A DNA stretch of 64,000 nt from Alphaproteobacteria bacterium (GTDB lineage Bacteria; Pseudomonadota; Alphaproteobacteria; JABAAW01; JAHZMA01). This document shows positions 30,590 to 41,636 of the stretch, one piece after another. Each line of letters begins with the position of its first letter. The stretch's first letter is position 1. The position numbers and the translations under genes are program-made. The stretch covers positions 209,567 through 273,566 of the forward strand of contig CBDBJL010000018.1 in the NCBI GenBank assembly GCA_965206365.1, read 5' to 3'. The notes under the pieces were generated by a model that saw only the letters and a list, made by a program, of their open reading frames with translations, did no database searches and was not told where the DNA came from.

Positions 30590-32659
30590 ATGCCAAAACT
30601 TACCATTAATGATACCGAAATTGAAGTTGAAGCTGGGCTTACTGTGCTTCAAGCTTGTGAGCAAGCAGGTGTAGAAATCCCACGGTTTTGCTATCATGAT
30701 CGGTTATCAATTGCTGGAAATTGTCGGATGTGTTTGGTCGAGATCTCACCTGGCTCCCCGAAACCACAAGCTTCATGCGCGCTTCCGGCAAGTGAAGGTA
30801 TGGTGGTTAAAACCCAAACTGCTATGGTAGACAAAGCGCGTAAAGGGGTGATGGAGTTCTTATTGCTGAATCATCCTTTAGATTGCCCGATTTGCGATCA
30901 AGGTGGGGAATGTGATTTACAGGATCAAGCAATGGGTTATGGCTCACAAACAAGTCGGTTTTCTGAAAATAAACGGGCTGTTTCCGAGAAGTATATGGGT
31001 CCTTTGATTCAAACTGTGATGACTCGTTGTATTCATTGTACGCGTTGTGTGCGGTTTGCAACAGAAATTGGCGGAGTTAATGATATTGGACTTTTAGGAC
31101 GTGGTGAACATGCAGAAATATCGACATTAGAAAAAACAATTACTTCTGAGCTTTCGGGGAATTTAATTGATTTATGTCCTGTGGGGGCTTTGACTTCAAA
31201 ACCTTATGCGTTTCAGGCGCGTTCGTGGGAAATGAAAAAGATTCCTGGCATTGATATCTCGGATGCGGTGGGTGCGAATATTCGTATTGATGTGCGTGGA
31301 AATGAAGTGATGCGAATTTTGCCTCGTTTGAATGAAGCGGTTAATCGGGAATGGATTTGCGATAAGGCTCGGTTTTCTTATGATGGGCTGAAATATAATC
31401 GATTGGATCGTCCGTATGTGCGCAATAATCATGGATTGTTGGAAGAAGTTTCTTGGACAGATGCATTGGATGCTGCAAGTAAGCAAATTAAGAAAAATGG
31501 CGGGGAAAGTTTTGCTGCTATTGCCGGTGATTTGGTAGATGTTGAGGCAATGTATGCGTTGAAAAATTTCTGCCAAATGATTAAATCGCCACATTATGAT
31601 TGTCGTCAAGAGGGTTCGATGATTGATAGTCGGTTGCGTTCAGGTTATTTGTTTAATAGTAAGATTGAAAATATAGAGCAGGCGGATGCAGTTTTAATTG
31701 TGGGTGCAGATCCGCGACGTGAAGCCCCTTTGGTGAATGCGGCTTTGCGGCAATGCTATCTGCGTGGTGTTACGGTCGGGCTTATTGGTGCAGAGGTAGA
31801 TTTAAATTTTCCATATCAATTTTTGGGGAATCGACCCCAAGATTTTGCAGATTTACTTAATTCACGAGGGCAATTTCTCAGGAATTTTAAAAATGCGAAA
31901 AAACCGATCTTAATTTTGGGTACGGATGCAGTTGCCCGCAGTGATGGGAAGGCTATTTGGAATTTAGCATGGCAATTTACCAAGAAATATGGGCTGGTGC
32001 GTGAGGGCTGGAATGGCTTTAATGTGCTACATCGTGTAGCTTCGCGTGTGGGCGGATTGGATATTGGTATGGTCCCTGAAATAGGGGGTTATGCAACCAA
32101 TGATATTATGATTAATGCGGTAAAACAAAGTATTCGCACGGTTTATTTGTTAGGTGCCGATGAAGTAAAAATGGAAGCCTTAAAGAATTGTTTTGTGATT
32201 TATCAAGGACATCACGGTGATGCTGGGGCACAGCATGCGGATATTATTTTTCCCTCGGCGGCTTATACCGAAAAAAGTGGTATTTATGTAAATATGGAAG
32301 GACGTATGCAAATTAGCCATAAAGCGACATTGCCACCAGGACAGGCTCGCGAGGATTGGGCAATTATTCGTGCGCTCACAGCAAAATTAGGCATTAGACA
32401 ACCCTGGATTAATCAGGATGAGCTACGGCAGCATATTTTCAAAAATCATCCGTATCTTGCACATGAGAATTCTGTAGAAGATGTAAGATTTGATAATTTT
32501 GGTGAGGCTGGAACTTTTAATAAAAAAGATATTGGTCATTATGAAGTTAATTTTTATCAAACGAATGTGATTGCGCGGGCATCTAAGAATATGCAAGCTT
32601 GCGTGAATGAAATTAGCGAGCTTGTGGCTAGCTCTTCTTCACAACAAGCAGAGGCATAG
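30590..32659 (+). CDS. nuoG: NADH-quinone oxidoreductase subunit G
   Basis: 689 aa; N-terminal 2Fe-2S and 4Fe-4S Cys motifs; molybdopterin-like C-terminal domain. Confidence 0.95.
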   Translation: MPKLTINDTEIEVEAGLTVLQACEQAGVEIPRFCYHDRLSIAGNCRMCLVEISPGSPKPQASCALPASEGMVVKTQTAMVDKARKGVMEFLLLNHPLDCPICDQGGECDLQDQAMGYGSQTSRFSENKRAVSEKYMGPLIQTVMTRCIHCTRCVRFATEIGGVNDIGLLGRGEHAEISTLEKTITSELSGNLIDLCPVGALTSKPYAFQARSWEMKKIPGIDISDAVGANIRIDVRGNEVMRILPRLNEAVNREWICDKARFSYDGLKYNRLDRPYVRNNHGLLEEVSWTDALDAASKQIKKNGGESFAAIAGDLVDVEAMYALKNFCQMIKSPHYDCRQEGSMIDSRLRSGYLFNSKIENIEQADAVLIVGADPRREAPLVNAALRQCYLRGVTVGLIGAEVDLNFPYQFLGNRPQDFADLLNSRGQFLRNFKNAKKPILILGTDAVARSDGKAIWNLAWQFTKKYGLVREGWNGFNVLHRVASRVGGLDIGMVPEIGGYATNDIMINAVKQSIRTVYLLGADEVKMEALKNCFVIYQGHHGDAGAQHADIIFPSAAYTEKSGIYVNMEGRMQISHKATLPPGQAREDWAIIRALTAKLGIRQPWINQDELRQHIFKNHPYLAHENSVEDVRFDNFGEAGTFNKKDIGHYEVNFYQTNVIARASKNMQACVNEISELVASSSSQQAEA

Positions 32660-32663
32660 GGAA

Positions 32664-33671
32664 ATGGTATTTTTTGAAAATTATCTGTTGCCATTATTGG
32701 ATATCCTGAAGATGATTTTGTTTATTACAGCTCCGATTTTACTTGGTATGGCGTATCTCACTTTGTTTGAGAGAAAAGTTATGGGTTGGATGCAGCGACG
32801 TAAAGGCCCTAATGTTGTTGGGCCTTTTGGTTTGTTTCAACCTTTTGCCGATGCGTTGAAGTTGTTTTTTAAAGAAACCGTTATTCCATCTGGGGCAAAT
32901 CGCATTTTATTTTTATTGGCACCGATGCTTACATTTTCTCTTGCGCTTTTGGGTTGGGCAGTGATTCCATTTAATGTTGGTTGGGTGCTTGCGGATATTA
33001 ATGTAGGTATTTTGTATCTTTTGGCAATCTCTTCTTTGGGTGTGTATGGCATTATTATTGCGGGTTGGTCGTCTAATTCTAAATATCCTTTTTTAGGGGC
33101 ACTACGTTCAGCATCGCAGATGGTATCTTACGAATTACCGATTGGTGTTACCATTATCACGGTATTAATGTGTTCTGGTTCGTTAAATCTTTCGGTTATT
33201 GTCGCTTCACAAAAGGATATTTGGTATTTGTTTCCATTGTTACCCATGGCAGTTATTTTCTTTATTTCAGCTTTGGCAGAAACCAATCGGGCACCATTTG
33301 ATTTGCCGGAAAGCGAAAGCGAATTAGTTTCAGGGTATAATGTAGAATATTCGGCGATGAGTTTTGCTTTATTTTTTCTTGGCGAATATATTAATATGAT
33401 TTTAATGAGCGCGATGTTTGTGGTTTTATTTTTGGGTGGGTGGTTATCTCCTCTGGCAACAGTACCTTTTATCTGGCTTGAAGGTCCGATCTGGTTTATG
33501 TTAAAAATCGGCATCATCTTATTTTTGTTTGTTTGGGTGCGGGCAACCTTTCCTCGGTATCGCTATGATCAGTTGATGCGGTTGGGATGGAAGATTTTTT
33601 TACCGGTTACATTAATATGGCTTGTGGCAACGGCTTTTGTTTTGGTATGGTTTGATTGGTTGCCAGGATAA
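32664..33671 (+). CDS. nuoH: NADH-quinone oxidoreductase subunit H
   Basis: Start at MVFFENY after the nuoG stop; ND1 homolog with multiple TM helices. Confidence 0.9.
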   Translation: MVFFENYLLPLLDILKMILFITAPILLGMAYLTLFERKVMGWMQRRKGPNVVGPFGLFQPFADALKLFFKETVIPSGANRILFLLAPMLTFSLALLGWAVIPFNVGWVLADINVGILYLLAISSLGVYGIIIAGWSSNSKYPFLGALRSASQMVSYELPIGVTIITVLMCSGSLNLSVIVASQKDIWYLFPLLPMAVIFFISALAETNRAPFDLPESESELVSGYNVEYSAMSFALFFLGEYINMILMSAMFVVLFLGGWLSPLATVPFIWLEGPIWFMLKIGIILFLFVWVRATFPRYRYDQLMRLGWKIFLPVTLIWLVATAFVLVWFDWLPG

Positions 33672-33715
33672 AAAATGGTTGATGAAATAATGGTTCAAGG
33701 ATTTATAACGTAGCT

Positions 33716-34198
33716 ATGTTACAAAATAAACTACAGATATTTTTGCTTACTGAGTTATTTTCAGGGATGGTACTTACATTTAAAGCGATGTTTAAGCCCA
33801 AATATACGCTTAATTATCCTTATGAAAAAGGCCCGTTAGGACCACGATTTCGTGGTGAGCATGCGCTTAGACGTTATCCTAATGGTGAAGAGAGATGTAT
33901 TGCTTGTAAATTATGTGAAGCGATTTGTCCGGCGCAGGCGATTGTGATTGAAACCGAGCCACGTGCAGATAATTCGCGTCGAACAACGCGCTATGATATT
34001 GATATGACAAAATGTATTTATTGTGGTTTTTGCCAGGAAGCTTGTCCGGTAGATGCGATTGTTGAGGGCCCTAATTTTGAATTTGCTACGGAGACTCGTG
34101 AAGAACTGTTCTATGATAAACAAAAGCTTTTAGAAAATGGTGAAAAATGGGAAGTGGCATTGGCAGCAAATTTAAAAAATGATTCGCAATATCGCTAG
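33716..34198 (+). CDS. nuoI: NADH-quinone oxidoreductase subunit I
   Basis: 160 aa; two CxxCxxCxxxCP ferredoxin motifs. Confidence 0.95.
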   Translation: MLQNKLQIFLLTELFSGMVLTFKAMFKPKYTLNYPYEKGPLGPRFRGEHALRRYPNGEERCIACKLCEAICPAQAIVIETEPRADNSRRTTRYDIDMTKCIYCGFCQEACPVDAIVEGPNFEFATETREELFYDKQKLLENGEKWEVALAANLKNDSQYR

Positions 34199-34213
34199 AT
34201 CGGTTAAAATATC

Positions 34214-34849
34214 ATGCTAGTTTATAATTTTATATTTTATTTATTTGCGGGGATGATCGTATTTTCGGCTTTCATGGTGGTTATTATGCGTAACCCAGTG
34301 CATTGTGTTTTGTTTTTGATCTTAACGTTTTTTAATGGTGCCGGATTATTTTTATTACGGGGTGCTGAATTTTTGGCGATGACTTTGGTGATTGTCTATG
34401 TCGGTGCAGTGGCAGTATTATTTTTGTTTGTGGTTATGATGTTGGATATTCAGATCGAAAATGTGAAGCGGAAACTAGGGAAATACTTTGTTGTGGGTGC
34501 AGGTTTGGGCATGGTTTTATTTGTGGAGTTAATGTTGGCGATTGTGGGCAGTTCGCAAAATCCTAGGGTTGGAAGTGATCTTGTGATTGGTGACAACACA
34601 CGAGAGCTTGGAATTTTACTGTATCGTGATTATGCCTATATGTTTGAAGCCGTGGGTATGGTTTTGTTGGTGGCTATGCTTGGTGCCATTATTCTTACTT
34701 TACGGGTACGTTTAGATGTTAAAAAACAAAATATTTCACGGCAAATTGCGCGGGATTCAAAAACAACAGTTCAATTGCAGGATCCGTTGCAACGTAGCAT
34801 AAATCCTGTAGATTTAAAAATTGTTAAACCGAAAATAACAAGGAAGTAA
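34214..34849 (+). CDS. nuoJ: NADH-quinone oxidoreductase subunit J
   Basis: 211 aa membrane subunit. Confidence 0.9.
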   Translation: MLVYNFIFYLFAGMIVFSAFMVVIMRNPVHCVLFLILTFFNGAGLFLLRGAEFLAMTLVIVYVGAVAVLFLFVVMMLDIQIENVKRKLGKYFVVGAGLGMVLFVELMLAIVGSSQNPRVGSDLVIGDNTRELGILLYRDYAYMFEAVGMVLLVAMLGAIILTLRVRLDVKKQNISRQIARDSKTTVQLQDPLQRSINPVDLKIVKPKITRK

Positions 34850-34859
34850 TGTAGTTTAT

Positions 34860-35174
34860 ATGGTTTTTGATGTTTCTCTTAATCATTATCTGATATTAGG
34901 TGCAGTTTTATTCACTTTTGGATTATTAGGTATTTTTTTAAATCGGCGCAATGTGATCAATATTTTGATGTCAATTGAGCTCATGCTGCTTGCGGTTAAT
35001 ATTAATTTTGTTGCTATTTCTAGTGAACAGAATGATTTGTCAGGACAAATTTTTAGCCTGTTTATTTTATCGGTTGCTGCGGCTGAGGCGGCGATCGGTT
35101 TGGCGATTCTAGTGGTTTATTATCGTAATCGGGCAACGATTGCTGTTGATGATGTCTCAAGCATGAAAGGCTAA
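34860..35174 (+). CDS. nuoK: NADH-quinone oxidoreductase subunit K
   Basis: 104 aa; three TM helices; ND4L homolog. Confidence 0.9.
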   Translation: MVFDVSLNHYLILGAVLFTFGLLGIFLNRRNVINILMSIELMLLAVNINFVAISSEQNDLSGQIFSLFILSVAAAEAAIGLAILVVYYRNRATIAVDDVSSMKG

Positions 35175-35176
35175 GC

Positions 35177-37114
35177 ATGGATTCTATTGTCTTGATCGTT
35201 TTCCTTCCTTTGGTTGCAGCGATTGTTAGTTTTGGAGGGAAACGATATTTTGGGGATCGTGGTGCGCAATTACTCACCAGTGGTGCAGTTATTATCGCGT
35301 CAATATTGTCATGGTTATTATTTTTTAACTTTATTCCAAATTTAGAGCCTAAAATTATTTTCTTGGCACAGTGGGGTGCGGTTGGTGATTTTGTGTTTGA
35401 TTGGGCACTTCGTTTGGATAGCCTTAGTTTGATTATGCTACTTGTTGTTACCAGCATTTCTGCTGCAGTGCATGTTTATTCTATTGCCTACATGCATCAC
35501 GATAGATCGATAACGCGATTTATGGCTTATCTTAGTTTATTTACGTTTTTTATGCTTGCGCTTGTTACTTCGGATAATTTAATTCAGTTATTTTTTGGCT
35601 GGGAAGGGGTTGGGCTGGCGTCTTATTTGTTAATTGGGTTTTGGTATGATCGGGATCGTGCAAATCGAGCGGCGATGAAGGCATTTTTGGTTAATCGTGT
35701 AGGTGATATCGGGTTTGCTCTTGGAATTTTTGCTATTTATGTTGTATTTGGTTCGGTAGAATTTACTATAATTTTTGCTCAGGCAGAAAATTTACAACAT
35801 GAGACTCTCCAATTTTTTGGTCAAGAGATGCACGCTTTTACAATCATTAGTTTGCTGTTATTTTTGGGAGCTATGGGCAAGTCGGCACAATTGGGGTTAC
35901 ATACTTGGTTGCCCGATGCAATGGAAGGTCCAACGCCAGTGAGTGCGCTGATCCACGCCGCTACCATGGTTACAGCTGGGGTATTTATGCTTTGTCGGTT
36001 ATCGCCCTTGTTAGAATATTCGGATAATGCCTTGGCAATGATTACGATCGTTGGAGCCGCAACGGCATTTTTTGCCGGGACAGTGGCACTTGTCCAAAAT
36101 GATATTAAGCGGGTGATTGCTTATTCTACTTGTTCGCAACTGGGTTATATGTTTTTTGCCATTGGGGTTTCTGCATATCCAGTAGCAATGTTTCATCTAT
36201 TAACACATGCATTTTTTAAGGCATTGTTATTTTTAGGCGCAGGTTCGGTTATTCATGCTATTGGTGGTGAGCAAGATATGCGTAAGATGGGTGGGTTATG
36301 CACATTGATGCCGATGACTTACTTATTTATGGTTATCGGGTCGTTATCTTTGATGGGAATCCCTTTCTTTGCTGGTTATTATTCTAAAGATTTGATTTTA
36401 GAGGTGGCTTGGGGGGCCCATAGTTATGTGGGTTCATTGGCATTCTGGGTTGGGATTGCGGTGGCATTTTTAACGGCACTTTATTCTGTTCGGTTATTGA
36501 TCATGACCTTTCATGGCGTATCAAAACTAGACCGCGCAATATTATTAAAAGTTCATGAGGTCTCTATGGTTATTCTTGTACCATTGGCTTGTTTGGCATT
36601 AGGGGCAATTTTTTCAGGAATTTGGTTTTACGACCTTATGGTAGGGGATTTGAGTAATAATTTTTGGGGGAAAGCAATTTTTATTGCCGAGAATCATCAC
36701 GCGCTTGAGAATGCCCATCATGTCAATGATTCTGTGAAAAGATTGCCGGTTGTGATTGCCATTTTAGGTGCACTTTTAGGGATTATTTGTTATAAATTTA
36801 TGCCTAATTTACCCAAATTTTTAGCATTATTTTTGCGACCACTTTATATGTTTCTGTTTCGCAAATGGTATTTTGATGAGATTTATCAGATAATTTTTGT
36901 CAAATCAGCTTTGAAGATTGGCGCTCTATTTTGGTGGAGTGATAAGCAGATCATTGATCGGATTGGTGCTGATGGTACTAGCAAAAATGTTCGTCGCATT
37001 GCCCAGCAAATGTCGTGGCTACAAAGTGGATATGTCTATCATTATGCGTTTGCGATGTTGATCGGAATTGTTGTTTTTGTAGGCTTCGCTGGTTTTATTT
37101 TTTATTGGAGATGA
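35177..37114 (+). CDS. nuoL: NADH-quinone oxidoreductase subunit L
   Basis: 645 aa antiporter-like subunit. Confidence 0.95.
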   Translation: MDSIVLIVFLPLVAAIVSFGGKRYFGDRGAQLLTSGAVIIASILSWLLFFNFIPNLEPKIIFLAQWGAVGDFVFDWALRLDSLSLIMLLVVTSISAAVHVYSIAYMHHDRSITRFMAYLSLFTFFMLALVTSDNLIQLFFGWEGVGLASYLLIGFWYDRDRANRAAMKAFLVNRVGDIGFALGIFAIYVVFGSVEFTIIFAQAENLQHETLQFFGQEMHAFTIISLLLFLGAMGKSAQLGLHTWLPDAMEGPTPVSALIHAATMVTAGVFMLCRLSPLLEYSDNALAMITIVGAATAFFAGTVALVQNDIKRVIAYSTCSQLGYMFFAIGVSAYPVAMFHLLTHAFFKALLFLGAGSVIHAIGGEQDMRKMGGLCTLMPMTYLFMVIGSLSLMGIPFFAGYYSKDLILEVAWGAHSYVGSLAFWVGIAVAFLTALYSVRLLIMTFHGVSKLDRAILLKVHEVSMVILVPLACLALGAIFSGIWFYDLMVGDLSNNFWGKAIFIAENHHALENAHHVNDSVKRLPVVIAILGALLGIICYKFMPNLPKFLALFLRPLYMFLFRKWYFDEIYQIIFVKSALKIGALFWWSDKQIIDRIGADGTSKNVRRIAQQMSWLQSGYVYHYAFAMLIGIVVFVGFAGFIFYWR

Positions 37115-37118
37115 ATGA

Positions 37119-38615
37119 ATGACCTCGCAATGGCCGATATTAAGTATTATCATTTTTCTACCCTTGATTGGTGTGGTGGCGATGATGTTTTTGCGTGATG
37201 CTGATGTGCAAACTGCACGTAGTGCGAAACAAGCAACCTTGGCAGTATCTATTGCGGTTTTTATTTTGTCGCTATTTTTGTGGTTTGGATTTGACAGCGA
37301 GATTTCAGGGTTTCAGAATGTGGAATATGTGCCGTGGTTGCCAAATACTACAATTTCTTACCATATTGGTGTTGATGGTATTTCGCTTAGCTTTATTTTA
37401 TTGACGACTTTCTTAGTGCCGCTTTGTATTTTGGCAAGTTGGAATTCGATTAAAACCAATGTGAAATATTATATGATTTGCTTTCTGATTTTAGAAAGCC
37501 TGATGTTGGGAACATTTTTAGCATTGGATGTTTTATTATTTTATGTGTTTTTTGAAGCCGTTTTGATTCCGATGTTTATTATTGTTGGTATTTGGGGTGG
37601 GAATAATCGTATTTATGCGGCATTTAAGTTTTTTCTTTATACCTTATTAGGTTCAATTTTAATGCTGTTGGCAGTGATTATGCTTAGCTATTATGGCGAA
37701 ACAACGAGTATCCCTAATTTGATGCAGACAGACTTTGCGATTGGATTGCAAAAATGGTTATGGCTTGGTTTTTTTGCATCTTTTGCGGTAAAAATGCCAA
37801 TGTGGCCGGTACATACTTGGTTGCCAGATGCCCATGTTGAAGCCCCAACGGCAGGTTCTGTTATTTTGGCGGGTGTGCTGTTAAAAATGGGAGGGTATGG
37901 GTTTTTAAGATTTTCTTTGCCTATGCTTCCCGAGGCGAGTGCCTATTTTGCTCCTTTGGTATTTTATCTTTCAGTGATTGCCGTTATTTATGCCTCTTTG
38001 GTGGCTTTGGCGCAAACGGATATGAAAAAATTAATTGCGTATTCCTCAGTGGCGCATATGGGATTTGTAACTGTAGGGATTTTTTCTGGAAATAGCCAAG
38101 GCATTAATGGGGCTATGATTCAAATGTTAAGTCATGGATTGATTTCGGCAGCATTATTTTTATGTATTGGTGTGGTTTATGATCGAATGCATAGCCGAGA
38201 GATTGTTAAATATGAGGGGTTGGTAGAGAGAATGCCCCGCTATGCCTTTTTCTTTTTATTATTCATAATGGCATCAGTAGGTTTGCCGGGAACTAGCGGG
38301 TTTGTTGGTGAATTTCTTGTGTTGGCTGGGGCGTTTCGCAGCAACACAGTTATCGCAACATTGCTGGCTTTGGGAATGGTATTGGGGGCGACATATGCGT
38401 TGTTTCTGTATAGAAGGATTATTTATGGTAAGTTAAAATCGGATTTACGCACTATCAAAGATATGGATTTGCGAGAATTATTTATTTTCTTACCAATCGC
38501 AATTTTGGTGATTTGGATCGGGGTTTATCCTAACACATTCTTAAATATTTTTGATATTTCAGTAGATTCTTTGGTAGATAGATCCGTTCTTGCTTATGTA
38601 GGTTCAGGGAGATAA
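37119..38615 (+). CDS. nuoM: NADH-quinone oxidoreductase subunit M
   Basis: 498 aa antiporter-like subunit. Confidence 0.95.
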   Translation: MTSQWPILSIIIFLPLIGVVAMMFLRDADVQTARSAKQATLAVSIAVFILSLFLWFGFDSEISGFQNVEYVPWLPNTTISYHIGVDGISLSFILLTTFLVPLCILASWNSIKTNVKYYMICFLILESLMLGTFLALDVLLFYVFFEAVLIPMFIIVGIWGGNNRIYAAFKFFLYTLLGSILMLLAVIMLSYYGETTSIPNLMQTDFAIGLQKWLWLGFFASFAVKMPMWPVHTWLPDAHVEAPTAGSVILAGVLLKMGGYGFLRFSLPMLPEASAYFAPLVFYLSVIAVIYASLVALAQTDMKKLIAYSSVAHMGFVTVGIFSGNSQGINGAMIQMLSHGLISAALFLCIGVVYDRMHSREIVKYEGLVERMPRYAFFFLLFIMASVGLPGTSGFVGEFLVLAGAFRSNTVIATLLALGMVLGATYALFLYRRIIYGKLKSDLRTIKDMDLRELFIFLPIAILVIWIGVYPNTFLNIFDISVDSLVDRSVLAYVGSGR

Positions 38616-38617
38616 TC

Positions 38618-40048
38618 ATGTATTTTGTTTTATTGCCAGAAATTATCCTTATGGCCGCATCGCTTATCTGTATTGTTGTTGGGGCTTTTATTTCGAGTTC
38701 AGATCAGGCTTTTAAAGTGGTTTATAGCATTGCATTAACAGTTTTAATGAGCGTTTTTCTGATTATTATTTGGCAATATCGTTGGTTTGCCAATGATGTT
38801 GTTTATTTGTTTGGAAATCAATATATTCGGGATGATTTTTCAACCTATGCAAAACTTATTTTGATTGTCGGCACTGTGATGGTGTTATTAATCGGGGTGA
38901 GTGAGTGTCGACGCAATAATATGAATCAATTTGAGTATCCGATTTTAATATTATTAGCAGTTTTAGGAATGCTGGTGATGGTTTCGGCTAATCATCTAAT
39001 ACCGCTTTATATTGGATTAGAATTACAAAGTTTGGCACTTTATATTATGGTTGCGTTTCGTCGGGATTCGATTCGTGAATCAGAAGCGGCTTTGAAATAT
39101 TTTATTTTAGGAGCTTTGGCGTCTAGTTTATTACTTTATGGTGCGAGTTTGGTTTATGGCTTTACTGGTGAATTAGGGTTTCAAAAGATTGCAGAATATT
39201 TGGCGCAAAATGAATTTAATTTTGGTGCGATTGCAGGAATGACCTTTTTAATTGCCGGTTTGGCATTTAAGTTATCGGTAGTTCCATTTCATATGTGGAC
39301 ACCAGACGTCTACGAGGGTTCAACAACACCGGTAACAGCATTTTTTGCAACCGTACCTAAAGTTGCCTCTTTTGTGCTACTCACAAAACTTTTGATTGTT
39401 AGTTTTCCAACGGTTATCGAACAATGGCAACCGATTTTAATGCTTTTGGCTATGTTATCGATGGCAGTAGGTGGGTTTGCAGCTATTGCGCAAAGTAACA
39501 TTAAAAGATTAATTGCCTATAGTGCGATTGGGCATATTGGTTATATCCTAATGGGCTTAATGGTTGGTACGCAGGCGGGAATTACTGCGACTATGTTTTA
39601 TCTGCCGATCTATATTGTTACCACGATTGGGCTATTTTCGTGTATTTTGATTTTGCGTGGACAAAACGAAACGATTAATGATTTATCAGGATTGTTGAAA
39701 AATTACCCAACCATTGCCGTTGCTTTATTAGTTTTTCTATTTTCGATGGCAGGAATTCCTCCGTTAGCAGGCTTTTTTGCCAAATTCTATGTATTTAAGG
39801 CGGCTTTAGAACAGCAATTTTATTTTATGGTGATTTTTGCTGCTGTGATGAGTGTGGTGAGCGCATTTTATTATTTACGGATTATTCGGATTATGTTTTT
39901 TGAAAACCCTAAAAACACACAGGCAATTAACGATAATTGGGTGTTACGATTAACAATTTTTAGTAGTGCGGTTTTGGTTGCATTTATGCTAATTTGGCCA
40001 GCACCTTTGATTCATTTAGCAACAGTTGCAGCGGCTGCATTATTTTAA
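38618..40048 (+). CDS. nuoN: NADH-quinone oxidoreductase subunit N
   Basis: 476 aa antiporter-like subunit. Confidence 0.95.
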   Translation: MYFVLLPEIILMAASLICIVVGAFISSSDQAFKVVYSIALTVLMSVFLIIIWQYRWFANDVVYLFGNQYIRDDFSTYAKLILIVGTVMVLLIGVSECRRNNMNQFEYPILILLAVLGMLVMVSANHLIPLYIGLELQSLALYIMVAFRRDSIRESEAALKYFILGALASSLLLYGASLVYGFTGELGFQKIAEYLAQNEFNFGAIAGMTFLIAGLAFKLSVVPFHMWTPDVYEGSTTPVTAFFATVPKVASFVLLTKLLIVSFPTVIEQWQPILMLLAMLSMAVGGFAAIAQSNIKRLIAYSAIGHIGYILMGLMVGTQAGITATMFYLPIYIVTTIGLFSCILILRGQNETINDLSGLLKNYPTIAVALLVFLFSMAGIPPLAGFFAKFYVFKAALEQQFYFMVIFAAVMSVVSAFYYLRIIRIMFFENPKNTQAINDNWVLRLTIFSSAVLVAFMLIWPAPLIHLATVAAAALF

Positions 40049-40060
40049 GGGATCTGTAAA

Positions 40061-40783
40061 ATGTTCCTTGAATTGGAGGAAGTTGATTCTACGAATGAAG
40101 AGGCCAAAAGACAACTTAGCAAAGGGAATGTAGAGCATGGAAGCATTGTTTGGGCAAAAAAACAAACCTTAGGTAAGGGTCGTTTGGGGCGACGGTGGAA
40201 CTCATCTGTGGGTGATTTGGCTTTTTCGATGATTGTGCATCCAGATTTGAGTCGAACGAATTTACCGCAATACGCACCTTTCATTGCCTGCGTTTTGACG
40301 TCAGTGATTTCGTGGTATTTCGATGATCCTAATGATGTTTTTTATAAATGGCCAAATGATATTTTGATTCGTGGGAAGAAAGTTGCCGGGGTGTTAATTG
40401 AATCTTTTGATTCTGGGCAACAACAAGTTTTGATCATAGGCATCGGGATTAATGTGGTTTCTTCACCGTTGCAAACATTTTTTCCGGCAACGCATATGCA
40501 AGCTGAGGGTGTAGCAGATGTAACAGATTTTAGCTTGATGAGTCGAATTTTAAGTGAGTATGATGTGTGGTGGCAATTTTGGCATTTGAAAGGGTTCCCA
40601 TTGTTAATTTTGGATCTGGCAAGGCATCTTTATGGTATGGATAAAATGATGCGGATTCAGGTGACGCCTAACAAATGGGTTGATGGTATTTGCCGTGGGA
40701 TCGATAAAAATGGTTGTTTATTACTAGAAGATTATTCAGGGAAAGTAGAAATCTATCATTCTGGAGATGTTTTTATGCTGTAA
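40061..40783 (+). CDS. birA: Biotin--[acetyl-CoA-carboxylase] ligase, class I (no HTH domain)
   Basis: 240 aa; GKGRLGRRW biotin-binding motif; nuoN-birA-coaX-rnj order is typical of Rhizobiales. Confidence 0.85.
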   Translation: MFLELEEVDSTNEEAKRQLSKGNVEHGSIVWAKKQTLGKGRLGRRWNSSVGDLAFSMIVHPDLSRTNLPQYAPFIACVLTSVISWYFDDPNDVFYKWPNDILIRGKKVAGVLIESFDSGQQQVLIIGIGINVVSSPLQTFFPATHMQAEGVADVTDFSLMSRILSEYDVWWQFWHLKGFPLLILDLARHLYGMDKMMRIQVTPNKWVDGICRGIDKNGCLLLEDYSGKVEIYHSGDVFML

Positions 40784-40820
40784 TAGCAGGAGAGGAAAGA
40801 AGTTGAAGAAAGATAACTCC

Positions 40821-41636
40821 ATGTTGCTTGTTATAGATGTCGGGAATACAAACATAGTATTTGCAATTTACCAAAAGGAACTTCATGCTAATATAGTAGA
40901 ATCTGGGTTAAAGCGAGGGCAAGGTTGGCTAGGGAATTGTCGGCTACAATCGATATCTGGCAGAACTATGGATGAATATGCGTTTTTGATGAAAGAATGG
41001 TTTTCTCAATTTCAGGTAAAATTTAACATGATTGATGCTGTGGTTGTTTCTTCGGTAGTGCCACAAATCACCAGCAATATTGAATTATTCGTAAAAAAAT
41101 ATTTGCCAGCATATTTTATTATTGTTGGGCGGGATCATTTTATTCCGAAAATGCAGATATTATTGGATAATCCCGATGAGTTGGGGTCAGATCGTTTCAT
41201 TAACGCTTGGCAGGCCTATCAGCACTATGGTAGAGAAGGGCAAGGTTTGGTGGTTATTGATTTTGGCACAGCCACAACGTTTGATGTGGTTGATCTATTG
41301 GGTAATTATTGTGGCGGTATTATTGCACCTGGCGTTGAGGTTTCTATGGAAGCCCTGGCAAAAGCGGCAGCAAAATTATCGATGGGTGATTTCGCAAAAC
41401 CTGAATCAATGGTTGGCAAAAACACAGCTATGGCAATGCAATCAGGTTTTTTTTATGGCACAATCGGGATTATTGAAAAAATGATTTCAGGTATTAATCA
41501 AGAAATTGGAAGTAGATCTACAGTTATTGCAACTGGGGGGTTGGCGTCGATGGTTGCCGCTGAATGTCCATTTATTGAAAGAGTAGATATGAATTTAACA
41601 TTAAATGGACTGGTCGCGCTTTATTATGCTCAGTGA
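40821..41636 (+). CDS. coaX: Type III pantothenate kinase
   Basis: Start at MLLVIDVGNTN (acetate/sugar-kinase fold); the track ORF begins upstream at 40767. Confidence 0.85.
   Translation: MLLVIDVGNTNIVFAIYQKELHANIVESGLKRGQGWLGNCRLQSISGRTMDEYAFLMKEWFSQFQVKFNMIDAVVVSSVVPQITSNIELFVKKYLPAYFIIVGRDHFIPKMQILLDNPDELGSDRFINAWQAYQHYGREGQGLVVIDFGTATTFDVVDLLGNYCGGIIAPGVEVSMEALAKAAAKLSMGDFAKPESMVGKNTAMAMQSGFFYGTIGIIEKMISGINQEIGSRSTVIATGGLASMVAAECPFIERVDMNLTLNGLVALYYAQ

Noticed and set aside
41122-41484. 120-aa plus-strand ORF within coaX
   Set aside because: It is an alternate frame of coaX with no independent support.
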